From positions 132,341,254 through 132,405,253 of the forward strand of contig NC_057710.1 in assembly GCF_004010195.1 (NCBI RefSeq): 64,000 bases of DNA, read 5' to 3'. The notes beneath the pieces were generated by a model. That model saw nothing but the letters and a program-made list of their open reading frames with translations. It searched no databases and was not told the DNA's origin. Source of the DNA: Chiloscyllium plagiosum (lineage: Eukaryota). A program made the position numbers and the translations under genes. Below, in pieces: positions 1 to 12,091 of the stretch. Each line of letters opens with the position of its first letter. Position 1 is the first letter of the stretch.

Positions 1-166
1 GAGGAAGTGGTGGAGGCTGGTACAATTGCAACATTTAAAAGGCATTTGGATGGGTATATGAATAGGAAGGGCTTGGAGGGATATGGGCCAGATGCTGGCA
101 GGTGGGACTAGATTGGGTTGGGATACCGAAGGGTCTGTTTCCATCCTGTACATCTCTATGACTCTA
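1..166 (+). mobile_element. CR1 (HER1-like) LINE 3' end
   Basis: Encodes EEVVEAGTIATFKRHLDGYMNRKGLEGYGP, matching the copy at 11433-11888; ends in ctctatgactcta tail. Confidence 0.9.
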
Positions 167-169
167 TTA

Positions 170-690
170 TATAGTAATGACTTGATGAAGGAGGTGAATT
201 TCTGGATGACACAAATATCGGTCTAAAATTTGCAGGAAGCAGAGGGTGATGGTTAAACAGCGTTTTCATGACTGGGTGTCTGCGTGCAGTCTATATCGCA
301 GGGTTTGGTGCTGGGCCCCTTGCTGTTTGCTGTGTACATCATTCATCTATTCATGAATGTAAGAGGTAAGATCAGTAAATTCACAGATGGTATGAAAATT
401 AGTGGCATGTTAAATAGTGAGGAAGGAAGTCATACACTACTGGATAATATAGGTAAACTGGTCAGATGGACTGAACAGTGGCAAATGGATTTTAATGCTG
501 AAAAGTGTGAACTGATGCATTTTGGAAGGAATAACAAGGCAAGGAATTACACACTGAATGGCAGCAATTTAGAAAGTACAGAAAGTTAGATGGACCTTGG
601 TGTGCTCTGGTCACTCTGCTATAAGAAGGGTGTGATTGCACTCAAGAAGGCGCAGAGGAGAGACACCAGGATGTTGCCTGGGCTGGTGCC
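170..690 (+). mobile_element. Degraded CR1 ORF2 RT fragment
   Basis: ORF 284-589 QGLVLGPLLF..ISKFTDG..WQMDFNAEKCELMHFGR (CR1 RT motifs). Confidence 0.85.
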
Positions 691-707
691 CTTCAAATTT
701 CAATTCC

Positions 708-930
708 TGCCCCATGTCTGCGTGGATTTCCTCCGAGTGCACTGACTTCCTCCTACAGTCCAAAAATGTGCAAGTCAGGTGAATTGGCCAGGCTAAGTTG
801 CCCATAGTGCTAAATGCATTATTCAGGGTAAGTGTAGGGGAATAGGTCTGGGTGGGTTACTCTTTAGAGGGTTGGTGTGGACTTGTTGGGCCAAATGGCC
901 TGTTTCCACACTGTAGGGAATCTAATCTCA
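708..930 (+). mobile_element. HE1-type V-SINE, 5' truncated
   Basis: V-domain gtctgcgtggatttcctcc...cagtccaaaaatgtgc and CR1-like tail ...acactgtagggaatctaatct; matches full copy at 63667-63996. Confidence 0.85.
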
Positions 931-1049
931 TCAGATACAATCTCAATTTTTAGGACATTAACCCTTTACCTGACTTTTCTTGTCAGCAAGTGCTAAAGAG
1001 TTACAGAGCTTTATAGCAAAGTGAAAGACTTTAGCCCACTATATAGTGC

Positions 1050-1320
1050 TTGGTCTGGAGTCATGTATGCCATGGCATTTCAAGTGTCCATCCAAATGCT
1101 TCTCAAATTTTGTAATGGTTCCTGTTTCTGCCATCCTTCAGGCAGTGAGTTCCAGACACCCAGCACCCTCTCCATGAAAAACATTTCACTCAAATTGCCT
1201 TGAAAACTCCTGCCCCTTACATCAAATCCATGTCCCCATTGCTGATTGACCTCTCCACTATGGGGAATAGTTTCTGCCTCTCCAGCCTGTCTATGCCCCT
1301 CATTATTTTGTACACCTTAA
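1050..1320 (-). mobile_element. Old CR1 3' fragment
   Basis: Minus strand resembles CR1 C-terminus (FFTxRVxGVWNSLPE); near-identical copy at 6271-6475. Confidence 0.7.
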
Positions 1321-2590
1321 TATCAAGGGAGACTAGAAAGGCTCAGGTTGTTTTCCTTAGAGCAGAGAAGGCTGAGAGGGTAATCTGACTGAGGTATACA
1401 AAATAATGAAGGACACAGATGAAGCAGATAGGGAGAAACCTTTAGTAGAGGGGTCAATAACCTCTACAGTTTTAAGGTAAGGATGAGTGGGTTTAGAAGT
1501 GATTTGAGGAGAAAGAGTTTCGCGTGAGGGTGCTGGGTATCTGGAACTCAGCCTAAAAGTGTGATAGAGATGGGAACCCTCAAGATATTTAAGAACTATT
1601 TAGATAAACACTTGGAATGCTTTACAATACAAGGCTAAAGCCAAGTGCTGGAAAATGGGTTTAGAACGAAGAATGCTTGATGAATGGTATAAATCTGATG
1701 GACCTAAGGGCTTCTTTCCATGCTGTAAAAATTACATGACCTTAAATGGAAAGGTAATTGGGGTATATAACCCAAAAAGCCTACAGAAAAATACAGACAG
1801 GTTAAGCGAGTGGGCAAATAACTTGGCAGATGGAATATAATGTGGCAAAATGTGAGGTTATAGAATAGAGTTTTAGATAATCTATAAGATGAGAGGAGCT
1901 GAATATTAGTAAATAAATAATGTCTATAGAGAATAAAAACAAACATAAATAACATACAAGTTCAATGGGTAATTGGGGAGGCAAATGCAATATAGGACTT
2001 CATACCAAAGGGACCAGAATATAAAAATAGGGATTTCTTGCTAAATCTAGACAGACTACAGTTGGAATGCTGTGAACAGTTTTCATCCTCTTATCTAGCG
2101 AAAGATATCCTGGCATTGAAGGCAGTCTCAAGAAGGTTGACTAGGCCTGGTCCTACTATGGAGCAATTTTCTTTTTAAGAGAGATTGAGTAGGTTGGGCT
2201 TACACTCTATGGGGTTTAGCAGAATGAGAGATGACCTTATTTAAACAAATCCAATTCCTAGGGGTCTTAACAAGGTAGATATTTTCTCTTGTGTGAGTTT
2301 AAGACTGAAGGACATAATCTCAGAATAAGGGGTTGCCTAAATAAGACAGAGATAAGGAGGATTTTCTTCTCTCTGAATGTACTGAACCTATGGAATTCCT
2401 TATTACTGAGGGCCATAGAGATTAGTTATTAAGTGTATCCAAGGCTAAGAATTTACATCTGTAAGTGAATCGAGGATTATTGGGAAAGTGGACTTGAGGA
2501 TTATCAGGTTAGCCCAGATCTAATTGATTGGCAAAGCAGACCTGATGGGCTGAATGGCCACGTGCTGCTCCTACATCTTATGGTCTTTGG
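1321..2590 (+). mobile_element. Two degraded CR1 3' fragments (about 1321-1740 and 1765-2590)
   Basis: LFSLEQRRLRG/EVYKIM-like coding remnants and CR1 3' UTR tails. Confidence 0.7.
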
Positions 2591-2784
2591 TGTGTGTGTG
2601 TGATATCTTGGACTGGCACAGACTCCGTAAAGCTCAAGGAACTCTACCCTATAAAAGCTAGTTCCTCTCCCCCATCCACAACAGCTGCAAAGGCCTTAGA
2701 CTTCCACAGCCTTAGCCACTGTATTAGAGTGGCAAAGAAGTAATGGTGCCCTTTTGTAGCCATCCACTGGCTATTGAATTTCTA

Positions 2785-2942
2785 GGGAACAGGAGAATCG
2801 ACGTTTCGGGCATAAGCCCTGAAGAAGGGCTTATGCCCGAAACGTCGATTCTTCTGTTCCCTGGATGCTGCCTGACCTGCTGCGCTTTTCCAGCAACACA
2901 TTTCCAGCTCTGATCTCCAGCATCTGCAGACCTCACTTTCTC
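2785..2942 (+). mobile_element. Short fold-back PLE terminal repeat (pLTR family A) with TSD
   Basis: 37-bp inverted arms 2784-2820/2826-2862; same sequence as 3' end of PLE at 6170-6270; ctattgaatttcta duplicated at 2771-2784 and 2943-2956. Confidence 0.85.
2819..2846 (+). ncRNA. Minimal type I hammerhead ribozyme core, family A
   Basis: CTGAAGA-A-GGGC(TTAT)GCCC-GAAA-CGTC: conserved core, 4-bp stem II, palindromic ACGT stem III, GUC site; stem I weak. Confidence 0.7.
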
Positions 2943-4880
2943 CTATTGAATTTCTAAATAGGCTCAAAATCAATCAGTTTGCTTATTGCCTTGCCCATTC
3001 AACACAATATTGGAAACATGTTAGGACAGTTGGCAGACAGAACATCATTTCTACAGGCTATCCCACAATCAAATACACCAGCGCGCAGAGGTAGGGGGTA
3101 AAATTCATTATTTGAATAGAAGATGGCAAACAGGAGAAAATGCTTGCAAGTAAAAGTTCTTTCTCAAGTCACAGGGAATAGAGAGTAGTGGGGGGATGTG
3201 GGTGCAAAGAAAGTAGATGAAGTCAAGGCTACGATGGTGAGAAAAGAAACTGCTGTCTTGTTAAGGGAGCACATTAGCTTTGATTTTACTGGGGAGTGGG
3301 AATTCTAAGCAAATAGGCAGCAAACACATCAAACTTAGTGATGGGGAAGGCCCATTGATCTGAAATGCAGGTCCTCATTCAAGTAAAGATCTTCAGAATC
3401 CCACCCAATACCCATTTCGATTGATTATTTACTCGTTTCCTAAACAGCTGCCAACAGGATGGACATATGAGATCATGTTTTAAACTCAAACAGTCATCAG
3501 TTTTAATGGGGAATATATTATTAATAAATTTAAGGCAAGTGTCAAATAATGTCTTACTGTTTATATCCATTAAATATGAAATAGAGAAACTCTGGGTTTA
3601 TTTCAAGAAACAATTACAGAAAGTTCTTGTTTTAAGTCTCCCATTTTAAAATGTTTTTTTCACTTTAAGTTTTTTTTTTAATGTTCTCTCTTCTCATTTA
3701 AGGTGTCACTTTAATATTCACTTTAATATCCCTTACTTTCTAGGTGCATCCCATGCCATTGTGACACACAGGTTGTCACACTATTGGTGAGTGCTCTGAG
3801 AATTGGTGCCATTGGGTCTGTGCCCTGCAGTTGAAGATCATTCAATTTTAAGCAATTTTCTCCGCAGGTACGAAAGTAATTATAATTCTAATCTTTGTTT
3901 TTTTTTTCAAGTCTTCTGCTGTTTGTACCTGTACTAGTAGAAGAACTGCTGTAGACCTAGTTTTCTGTGTTGTACTCTGTAGTACTTGTACAGGTATAAT
4001 GGTTGAGAAGTTTGTATTGCGCTGTAAGTTTCCTTAAAAACTTCTCTGCAAGCAAGACATCTTTTGAGTTTTACAAGTTATTTCAGCTGGCATTTACTGC
4101 AAAGAACATGTGTCACACAGGGCAAAAATCATCCTCAGGAACCTAATTCTAGCTTTAACATTGATTCCCATAGGAAATCGCACTTCACAAAGTCATTTTG
4201 CTAAAGTCGCTATTTTTAGGAATGCAGCCCTATCTTTACATGCAGCTGCCCAGTTCTGGAAATACCAGCTCATTTACATTGGTGCAGACTTTGAGACCAA
4301 TGGTGAAGCAAGAGCAACTGCCACTGGCAAAGTGTTTGTGTAGACTTGCACTAATCTGACATCTACATGCCACCCACAAGGACATCTTACATGTATGTAA
4401 AGGAACACAAAGGCTCCTCAATAATCAGATTGCTGAATTCTTACAAATGTGCAGTATCCAAACCAGGAAGAACAGAATAGAAGACATAAATTAAATTTAC
4501 ATAAACTACAGGAAGAAAAAATATGATAAATGCAATAAGATTAAAGGAGAAAAAAATAAACAGGCTGATCACTAAGTTTCTTCTGAGGGAATGAGACTCC
4601 ACATTTTTAAAGTTTATCTTTCAGAACCAGTGAAGTTTTTTGGCAATAATTATCACTTGTCACATTGTTAAAATCTCTGTTGTTGCTCAATACACAAGCC
4701 TTAACTTTTTTTTGCTTCTGTGCAAAATTAGTGGAGAGGTAGCCTGGCTCATGCTGCATTAATCCATTGCCTATTCTATCAGGGAATATTGCAACAGCAC
4801 ACCCTGTGCTGAAGTGGGATAACTCTAGAAACAATTTCCAGGTTTGCATATTTAACTACTTGTGTAAAAGTATCAAAAAA

Positions 4881-6270
4881 TGACCATGGACATCCAGTCC
4901 CTGTACACCTCCATCCCCCATCATGAAGGACTCAAAGCCCTCCGCTTCTTCCTTTCCTGCCGTACCAACCAGTACCCTTCCACTGACACCCTCCTTCGAC
5001 TGACTGAACTAGTCCTCACCCTCAACAACTTCTCTTTCCAATCCTCCCACTTCCTCCAAACCAAAGGAGTAGCCATGGGCACCCGCATGGGCCCCAGCTA
5101 TGCCTGCCTCTTCGTAGGATATGTGGAACAATCCATCTTCCGCAACTACACTGGCCCCACCCCCCACCATTTCCTCCGCTACATCGATGACTGTACCGGC
5201 GCCGCCTCGTGCTCCCACGAGGAAGTTGAACAGTTCATCCACTTCACCAACACCTTCAAATTCACCTGGATAGTCTCAGATTCCTCCCTCCCCTTCCTCA
5301 ACCTTTCTATTTCTATCTCAGGCGACCGAAACAACACGGACATCTACTACAAACCGACCGACTCCCACACCTACCTGGACTACACCTCCTCCCATCCTGC
5401 CCCCTGCAAAAACGCCATCCCATTCTCCCAATTCCTTCGACTCCACCACATCTGCTCCCAGGAGGACCAGTTCAAAATACGCACAACACAGACGGCCTCC
5501 TTCTTCAAGGACCGCAATTTCCCCCCCAACNNNNNNNNNNNNNNNNNNNNNNNNNNNNNNNNNNNNNNNNNNNNNNNNNNNNNNNNNNNNNNNNNNNNNN
5601 NNNNNNNNNNNNNNNNNNNNNNNNNNNNNNNNNNNNNNNNNNNNNNNNNNNNNNNNNNNNNNNNNNNNNNNNNNNNNNNNNNNNNNNNNNNNNNNNNNNN
5701 NNNNNNNNNNNNNNNNNNNNNNNNNNNNNNNNNNNNNNNNNNNNNNNNNNNNNNNNNNAGAGAACACCTCTGGGACATCCGGACCAACCAACCCAACCCA
5801 ACCACCCCGTGGCCCCACACTTCAACTCCTCCTCCCACTCCACCAAGGATATGCAGGTCCTTGGACTCCTTCATCACTAGACCATAGCAACATGACGGTT
5901 GGAGGAGGAGCGCCTAGGAACCCTCCAACCACAAGGGATGAACTCAGATTTCTCCAGTTTCCTCATTTCCCCTCCCCCCACCTTGTCTCAGTCAAATCCC
6001 TCAAACTCAGCACCGCCTTCCTAACCTGCAATCTTCTTCCTGACCTGTCCGGCCCCACCCCCACTCCTGCCTATCACCCTCATCTTGACCTTCCACCTAT
6101 CGCATTTCCAACGCCCCTCCCCCAAGTCCCTCCTCCCTACCTTTTATCTTAGGCTGCTGGACACACTTTCCTCATTCCTAAAGAAGGGCTCATGCCCGAA
6201 ACATCGATTCTCCTGCTCCTTGGATGCTGCCTGACCTGCTGCGCTTTTACAGCAACACATTTTCAGCTCT
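4881..6270 (+). mobile_element. Penelope-like element (Neptune-like), 5' truncated: RT, GIY-YIG C-terminal remnant, pLTR
   Basis: ORF 4880-5887 MDIQSLYTSIPH, KGVAMGTRMGPSYA, FLRYIDD, YYKPTDSHTYL; REHL after the gap; pLTR with decayed hammerhead at about 6178-6205. Confidence 0.92.
5531..5758. other. Assembly gap (228 N)
   Basis: Run of N. Confidence 1.
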
Positions 6271-6480
6271 GGTTCCTGTTTCTGCCATCCTTCAGGCAGT
6301 GAGTTCCAGACACCCTGCACCATCTGCGTGAAAAACATTTCACTCAAATTGCCTTGAAAACTCCTGCCCCTTACGTCAAATCCATGTCCCCATTGATGAT
6401 TGATCCCTCCACTATGGGGAATAGTTTCTGCCTCTCCAGCCTGTCTATGCCCCTCATTATTCTGTACGCCTTAATGAGAT
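6271..6480 (-). mobile_element. CR1 3' fragment, near-duplicate of 1118-1320
   Basis: Direct alignment by eye, few mismatches over about 200 bp. Confidence 0.8.
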
Positions 6481-6639
6481 ACCTCCTCCTCTTTGCCATT
6501 TACCCATTTTTGTGCCATCTGTAAACTTTCTGAGTGTGATGTGGAGGTGCCAGTGTTGGACTGGGGTGGACAAGAGCACTTGGATAAGTGTGAATTATCA
6601 GGGAGTGAGAGTGAGGAATGACGTAGGGTAGTTATGTCG

Positions 6640-7080
6640 AAATTACCAAATTGGGGTTTTTGAGGGATTCAGAAGTGTCTATATGGATTTTCAGAAGTAA
6701 TTTGATGAGGTTCTTTACGTGGGAGTATTAACAAAAATAAATTACATGCAGTTGCTGACAGCTATAAGACATGAGAATCTAATTGCTTATGAGGAAAGAA
6801 GAAAATTATCTGAATGGTAAGAAACAAAAGATGCTCCCCAGGGAGGGAGCCTTGGCTTTTCACCACATATATCACTGACACGGAGGAAGGGAAAGAGTGT
6901 GCTAAATACACATCTCCAATGGCTTTAGGTTAAGAACACATTAGCTTTGGAAATAGCAGCAGGAAAATGCAAAGGGATGTAGGTAAAGCAAGTGAGTAAA
7001 ACTATGGCAGATAATTCTTAAGTGAACAAGTACACAATCATCATGTTGAATTTGAGAAAGACAGGTCACAATATTTTCTT
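6640..7080 (+). mobile_element. Highly degraded CR1 RT fragment
   Basis: tatatggattttcagaag...tttgat (YMDFQKAFD-like) and PQGS-like remnant. Confidence 0.5.
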
Positions 7081-7377
7081 AATTGTGAGAGACTGAGTAC
7101 TGAGTTCAAGTCTGGCATCACCGCCTGATCAACTCACACTTGTCAGGTGCTCAGTCACTCTATCCCTGATTCCAATAAGCTGTTTATAAGTAATATTAGA
7201 CTGATGGGTTTGTAGCTTTCTGGTTTAATTTTGCTAGCTTCCTACGTAATGGAGTGATGTTGTAATTTTCCAATTTAACTGCAGTTACTGAATCAAGAAA
7301 ATCTTGGAGTTCTTAATTGTGAGAGAGTAAGTACTGAGTTCAAGTCTAGGCAATGCAAACTTCCAAAAACATCGGTA

Positions 7378-7480
7378 GAATTAGAATTAGAATTAGGTTT
7401 ATTGTCACATGTATTCAAGTACAGGGATACATGAGTACAAAGTGTACAAAGTCACTATTTCTGGCAACATCTTAGGCACT
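7378..7480 (-). mobile_element. Rex1-type 3' tail fragment, same tail as 33185-33290
   Basis: Minus strand ...gtacttgaatacatgtgacaataaacc followed by (taattc)n. Confidence 0.6.
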
Positions 7481-7840
7481 CTCCCCGTATCCCATAATTC
7501 CTTGCGAGATTAAGAATTTATCAATCTCTGCCTTGAAGACATTTAACGCCTTAGCCTCCACTGCACTCTGTGGCAATGAATTTCACTGGCCCACCATTCT
7601 CTGGCTGAAGAAATGTCTCCTCATTTCCGTTTTGAATTGACCCCCTCTAATTCTAAGGCTGTGCCCATGGGTCCTAGTATTCCCTCCTGACGGAAACAAA
7701 TTCCCAGCATCCACCCTTTCTAATCCATGCATTATCTTGTAAATTTATATTAGATCTCCCTTCAACCTTCTAAACTCTAATGAATACAAGGATCCTCAGC
7801 CATTCATCATATGTTGGGCCTACCATTCCAGGGATCATTC
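7481..7840 (-). mobile_element. CR1 ORF2 C-terminal fragment
   Basis: Minus strand SLEFRRLKGDL...RRHFFSQRMV..WNSLPQ-like. Confidence 0.8.
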
Positions 7841-7844
7841 ACTG

Positions 7845-8200
7845 GTTTCCTGAAGAAGGACTTATGCCTGAAACGTCGATTCTCCTGTTCCTTGGATGCT
7901 GCCTGACCTGCTGCGCTTTTCCAGCAACACATTTTCAGCTCGTATCTTCCTTCCCACCTATCAACTCCACCCTCCTCCCTGACCTATCACCTTCATCCCC
8001 ACCTCCATTCACCCATTGCACTCTTTGGTATCTTCTCTCACCCTCCTCTCTGACCTATCACCTCCATCCCCACCCCCATTCACCTATTGTACTCTATGCT
8101 ACTTTCTCCCCCCTGCTCCTCAGATGCTGCCTGACCTGCTGTGCATTTCCAGAATTCAGACTCGGGTTTCCAGCATCTGCAGTCCTCGTTTTTACTTTTT
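7845..8200 (+). mobile_element. Two stacked PLE pLTR fragments (family A)
   Basis: cctgaagaagg..gaaacgtcgattctcctg and gatgctgcctgacctgctg motifs shared with 6170-6270 and 34361-34670. Confidence 0.8.
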
Positions 8201-8367
8201 ACAAAGTTACAAATCACACAACACCAGGTTATATAGTCCAACAGATTTATTTGGAAGCACTAGCTTTTGGAGCTCCACAACCACCTGATGAAGCAGCCGC
8301 GCTCTGAAAGCTAGTGGTTCCAAATCAACCTGTTAGACTATAACCTGGTGTTGTGTGATTTTTAACA
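8201..8367. mobile_element. Fold-back PLE pLTR family B with hammerhead core at 8285-8313
   Basis: Inverted arms of about 65 bp; aaccac-CTGATGA...GAAAGCTA-gtggtt gives a 6-bp stem I; stem II decayed. Confidence 0.75.
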
Positions 8368-8799
8368 ATATTTTGTGGAGTGAAACTTCCCAAATTATTT
8401 TGGTGCATGGAAACCTGACATGATTACATTGATTTCTAATTTTTACTGGGGCACATCTTCTGGTGAGCAGAAGATCATCCAAAGAGCAGTCAGATTTGGA
8501 ATTTAGTTAGTGCTTAATCCAACATTGTGGTTTTACCAGCCAATGCAAAGGCGAGTGCAAAGCTGAGTGCAGCTGATTGACATCTGAAACTGGAAAACTT
8601 TGAAAAGTGAAACTATTTAGTTGTGGCCCTGACTAAGTGGGAGGCTTATAGTCACAGGCCTTCTGAGAGAATGCATTCCTTGCTTTGAAGGTTATTTTAA
8701 AATGCCTTTTTGAGAAGGCATTTCACTCTTCTTAGAGTTAATTTAATAAGTTACTTTATGCTATCGATTTAATTTGAAAACAATAAATATCTGAAGATA

Positions 8800-9998
8800 T
8801 CTTATAGGAATAATATTTTGCATGGATAGAGGAATAGCTAACCAATAGAAGACAGAGAGAGTTGGGATAAAGGGATCATTTTCAGGATGGCAACAGGCAA
8901 TTAGTAGAACACCACAGGGGTTAGTGCTGAGGCCACCATTGTTGACAACGTATATTAATGATTTGAATGAGAAAGTGAATTTGCTATCACTGAGTTTGTG
9001 AATACCATATTAATAGGTGGAAAGACAAGTGGTGAGCTAACACAGAGTCAGCAGAGAGATATAGACAAATTTTGGTAGCTGGGATATAATAATGGAAAAT
9101 GTGAGGTAATGTACTTGGGCAGGAAGAATAGAGGAGCTGAAGATTATTTAAATGGGGAAAGACTGTGGAAAACTACAGCACGGAAGGGTTTGGAGATCGT
9201 TTTACACAAATCACAAAAAATACTAACATACAAGTTCAACCAGAAAGAAGTAATAAGGAAGGCAAATGAAATGTTGATTCTTATTTCGAAAAGAATGGAG
9301 TATATTAGGGATGTCTTGTTAAAATTATGCAAGGCACTAGTAGACCATACCTGGAGTACAGTGAACAGCTTTGGGCCCCTTATTTAATGAAAGATATGTT
9401 GATATTGGAGACAGAGCCGAGAGTGGGGTACTGGAAAAACACAACAGGTCAGGCAGCATCCGATCTCCAGCATCTGCAGTCCTCACTTTTTCCTAGTTGA
9501 TATTGGAGGCAGTCCAAAGAAAGTTCACCAGATTGATTCTGAGTATGCGGGGATGTTCTGATGAGGAGGAGTTGAGAAGGTTGGGCTTGTATTCATTGTA
9601 GTTCAGAAGAAAGAGAGGCAACCTTATTGAAACATGTAACATTCTTACGGAGCTTAAGAGGTTGGAGACTAAGAGGTTGCTTCCCCTTATGGGAGAGTCT
9701 AGGACCAAAGGGTATAAACTCAGAGTAAGTGATCAGCCTTTTAAAACAGAGATGAGGGAACTTTTCTTTAAAATGGTAGTGAATCTCTGACATTCTTTAC
9801 TTCAAAGGGTTGTCAAGGCTGGGTAGTTCGATATATTTAAGGCTGACACAGTCAGATTTTAAATAATTAAAGGGACTCAAGGGTTATGGAGTAAAGGCAG
9901 CATAGTGAAGTTGGGAATGATTAGATCAGCCATGATCTGTTTTAAGGGCAGAGCAGACTCCATGAGCTGCTTTTACGTCTTCCAGTTTATGGTCTTAT
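8800..9998 (+). mobile_element. Degraded CR1 RT and 3' end
   Basis: PQGxVL, YINDL, LVRPYLEY, SLxFRRxRG-like remnants and 3' tail. Confidence 0.8.
9415..9495. mobile_element. Tiny PLE pLTR insertion (two opposed pieces) with 17-bp TSD
   Basis: gttgatattggag(a/g)cag at 9398-9414 and 9496-9512. Confidence 0.75.
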
Positions 9999-11351
9999 AT
10001 CATGTTTTTGATGTTGGAGGATACACTTGGAAACAAATACCTTGTGTGAGAATGAAGAACTTGCCCGAGGCATGAGTCAGCATGTAATTTTAGAACCAGA
10101 GTTTTCTCAGCAGCTGCATTTGCCCAGATCAGTATAAAGAAACTTCATTTTTGTTTGCAAATGGATGCATTAGTCCAAGTGAAATCAGCCACCTCTTGCA
10201 AAGCTCTGGTAAAAAGACAGAATGACAGAACTTTATTTCTGGTGTTAGTCACTGCTATAAGTGAGGAAACTATGTTACAGACTCTTTGTGATCTCTAAAC
10301 CAAACTCAAATAGTTCAAACAAAATCACTCCACAAGGTAAAGAAGGTTTGATGCAAGCAGTCAGTTTCTTGGCTTTTGCCGTAAAATTGAATTTTTGAAA
10401 TTACTTAGATAACATTTTTATCTTGCTTTACCATTCATTTTAAAAGAATAAATGAATAGTTTGATTTTAATTTGACTCTGCTTGTGCACTAGTACTTGCC
10501 AACACTGACATACACCGAAATGAGAATGATGATCACACAAGGCAGCAAGTTTAAATGATTGTTATGTCCTTTCCTCATTATCATAACTATCACTCCCAAT
10601 AAATCTGACTAAAAAGAAATAAAGACAGACTGTGAACTAGAAAAGAAAGTTCAGTTTCTGTTTACTTACATTTAAGATTAAGAATAAACAAAATAGAGAA
10701 CTCCCCTTGGCTTTTTTAAAAAATATGCCATTTTTGATGAAACATGCATAAAATATATAGTATAATTTAGGAATTTGGACTTAACATACACAAATAGGTG
10801 GATTTTGGTCAGTTCTGTGATTTTGTTTAAGTTTAGAAAGTCAATTTGGAACAGTGATTTAAATACATCAGTTCAAAGAAGACATATGACTTTAGTCAAG
10901 ATTCTTGCAGACCTCTGTCGTGGTAATGGACCAAATGTTTATATTGGTGGTTTAAAATAGGCAGAGTAAAACATTAAGGCAATTAGTTCTGTTTTGTTTT
11001 CAGAATAGAAGGATCAAAGTTGGTTTAGAAGTTTCTGGAGATCAGTTCAAAAGCTCAAATAGTTACCCCAAGTAGTCATTTCAGTTAAAGTTTTCTTTTT
11101 ATTCTGCAAAGCTGGGAAAGCTTGTTTGGAAATCTTCAAGTTTTTAGATCTAAGAACGCTTAGGTCCTCAAAATTGTGAAAGGTTCATGCCATCAGACTT
11201 TGAAAGGAATCATAAAACTCTCTACAGTTCAAGAGAGTGTCATTTAAATAAATGCTTAAAAAGCCCTGATAGGAGTGATATTTCTCTGGGACTTTAGTCC
11301 CTATAACAGCTAGTGTTAGAAATTTGGTTAAAACTTTGTTTTGCTATTTGT

Positions 11352-12088
11352 CATAGAGTCATAGAGATGTACATCATGGAAACAGACCCTTTGGTCCAAC
11401 TCGTCCCTGCCGACCAGATATCCCAAACCAATCTAGTCCCACCTGCCAGCACCCGGCCCATATCCCTCCAAACCCTTCCTATTCATATACCCATCCAAAT
11501 GCCTCTTAAGTGTTGCAATTGTACCAGCCTCCACCACTTCCTCTGGCAGTTCATTCCATACACGTACCACACTCTGCGGGAAAAAGTTGCTCCTTAGGTC
11601 TCTTGTATATCTTTCCCCTCTTACCCTAAACTTATGCCCTCTAGTTCTGGATTCCCCGACCCCAGGGAAAAGACTTTGTCTATCTACCCTATCCATGCCC
11701 CTCATAATTTTGTAAACCTCTATAAGGTCACCCCTCAGCCTCCGACGCTCCAGGGAAAACAGCCCCAGCCTGTTCAGCCTCTCCCTATAGCTCAAATCCT
11801 CCAACCCTGGCAACATCCTTGTAAATCTTTTCTGAACCCTTTCAAGTTTCACAACATCTTTCCGATAGGAAGGAGACCAGAATTGCACACAATATTACAA
11901 TAGTGGCCTAACCAATGTCCTATACAGGACCTCCCAACTCCTGTACTCAATACTCTGACCAATAAAGGAAAGCATACCAAAGGCCTTCTTCACTATCCCA
12001 TCTACCTGCCACACCACTTTCAAGGAACTATGAACCTGCACTCCAAGGTCTCTTTTTTCAGCAACACTCCCTAGGACCTTACCAATAA
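11352..12088 (-). mobile_element. Young CR1 (HER1-like) 3' end
   Basis: ORF 11433-11888 QFWSPSYRKDVVKLERVQKRFTRML...LERRRLRGDLIEVYKIM; ctctatgac tail. Confidence 0.95.
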
Positions 12089-12091
12089 GAT

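Noticed and set aside
3744-3786. 43-nt exon-like segment (ctttctag ... gtgagt; CIPCHCDTQ frame)
   Set aside because: Short, not frame-preserving, no recognisable protein, and lies among imperfect hairpins suggestive of an old repeat
5318-5887. Long ORFs spanning the N run
   Set aside because: Length is inflated by the gap; only the plus-strand PLE RT frame is meaningful
10071-10082. ARE/NF-E2-like motif atgagtcagca
   Set aside because: A single short motif is expected by chance in 64 kb
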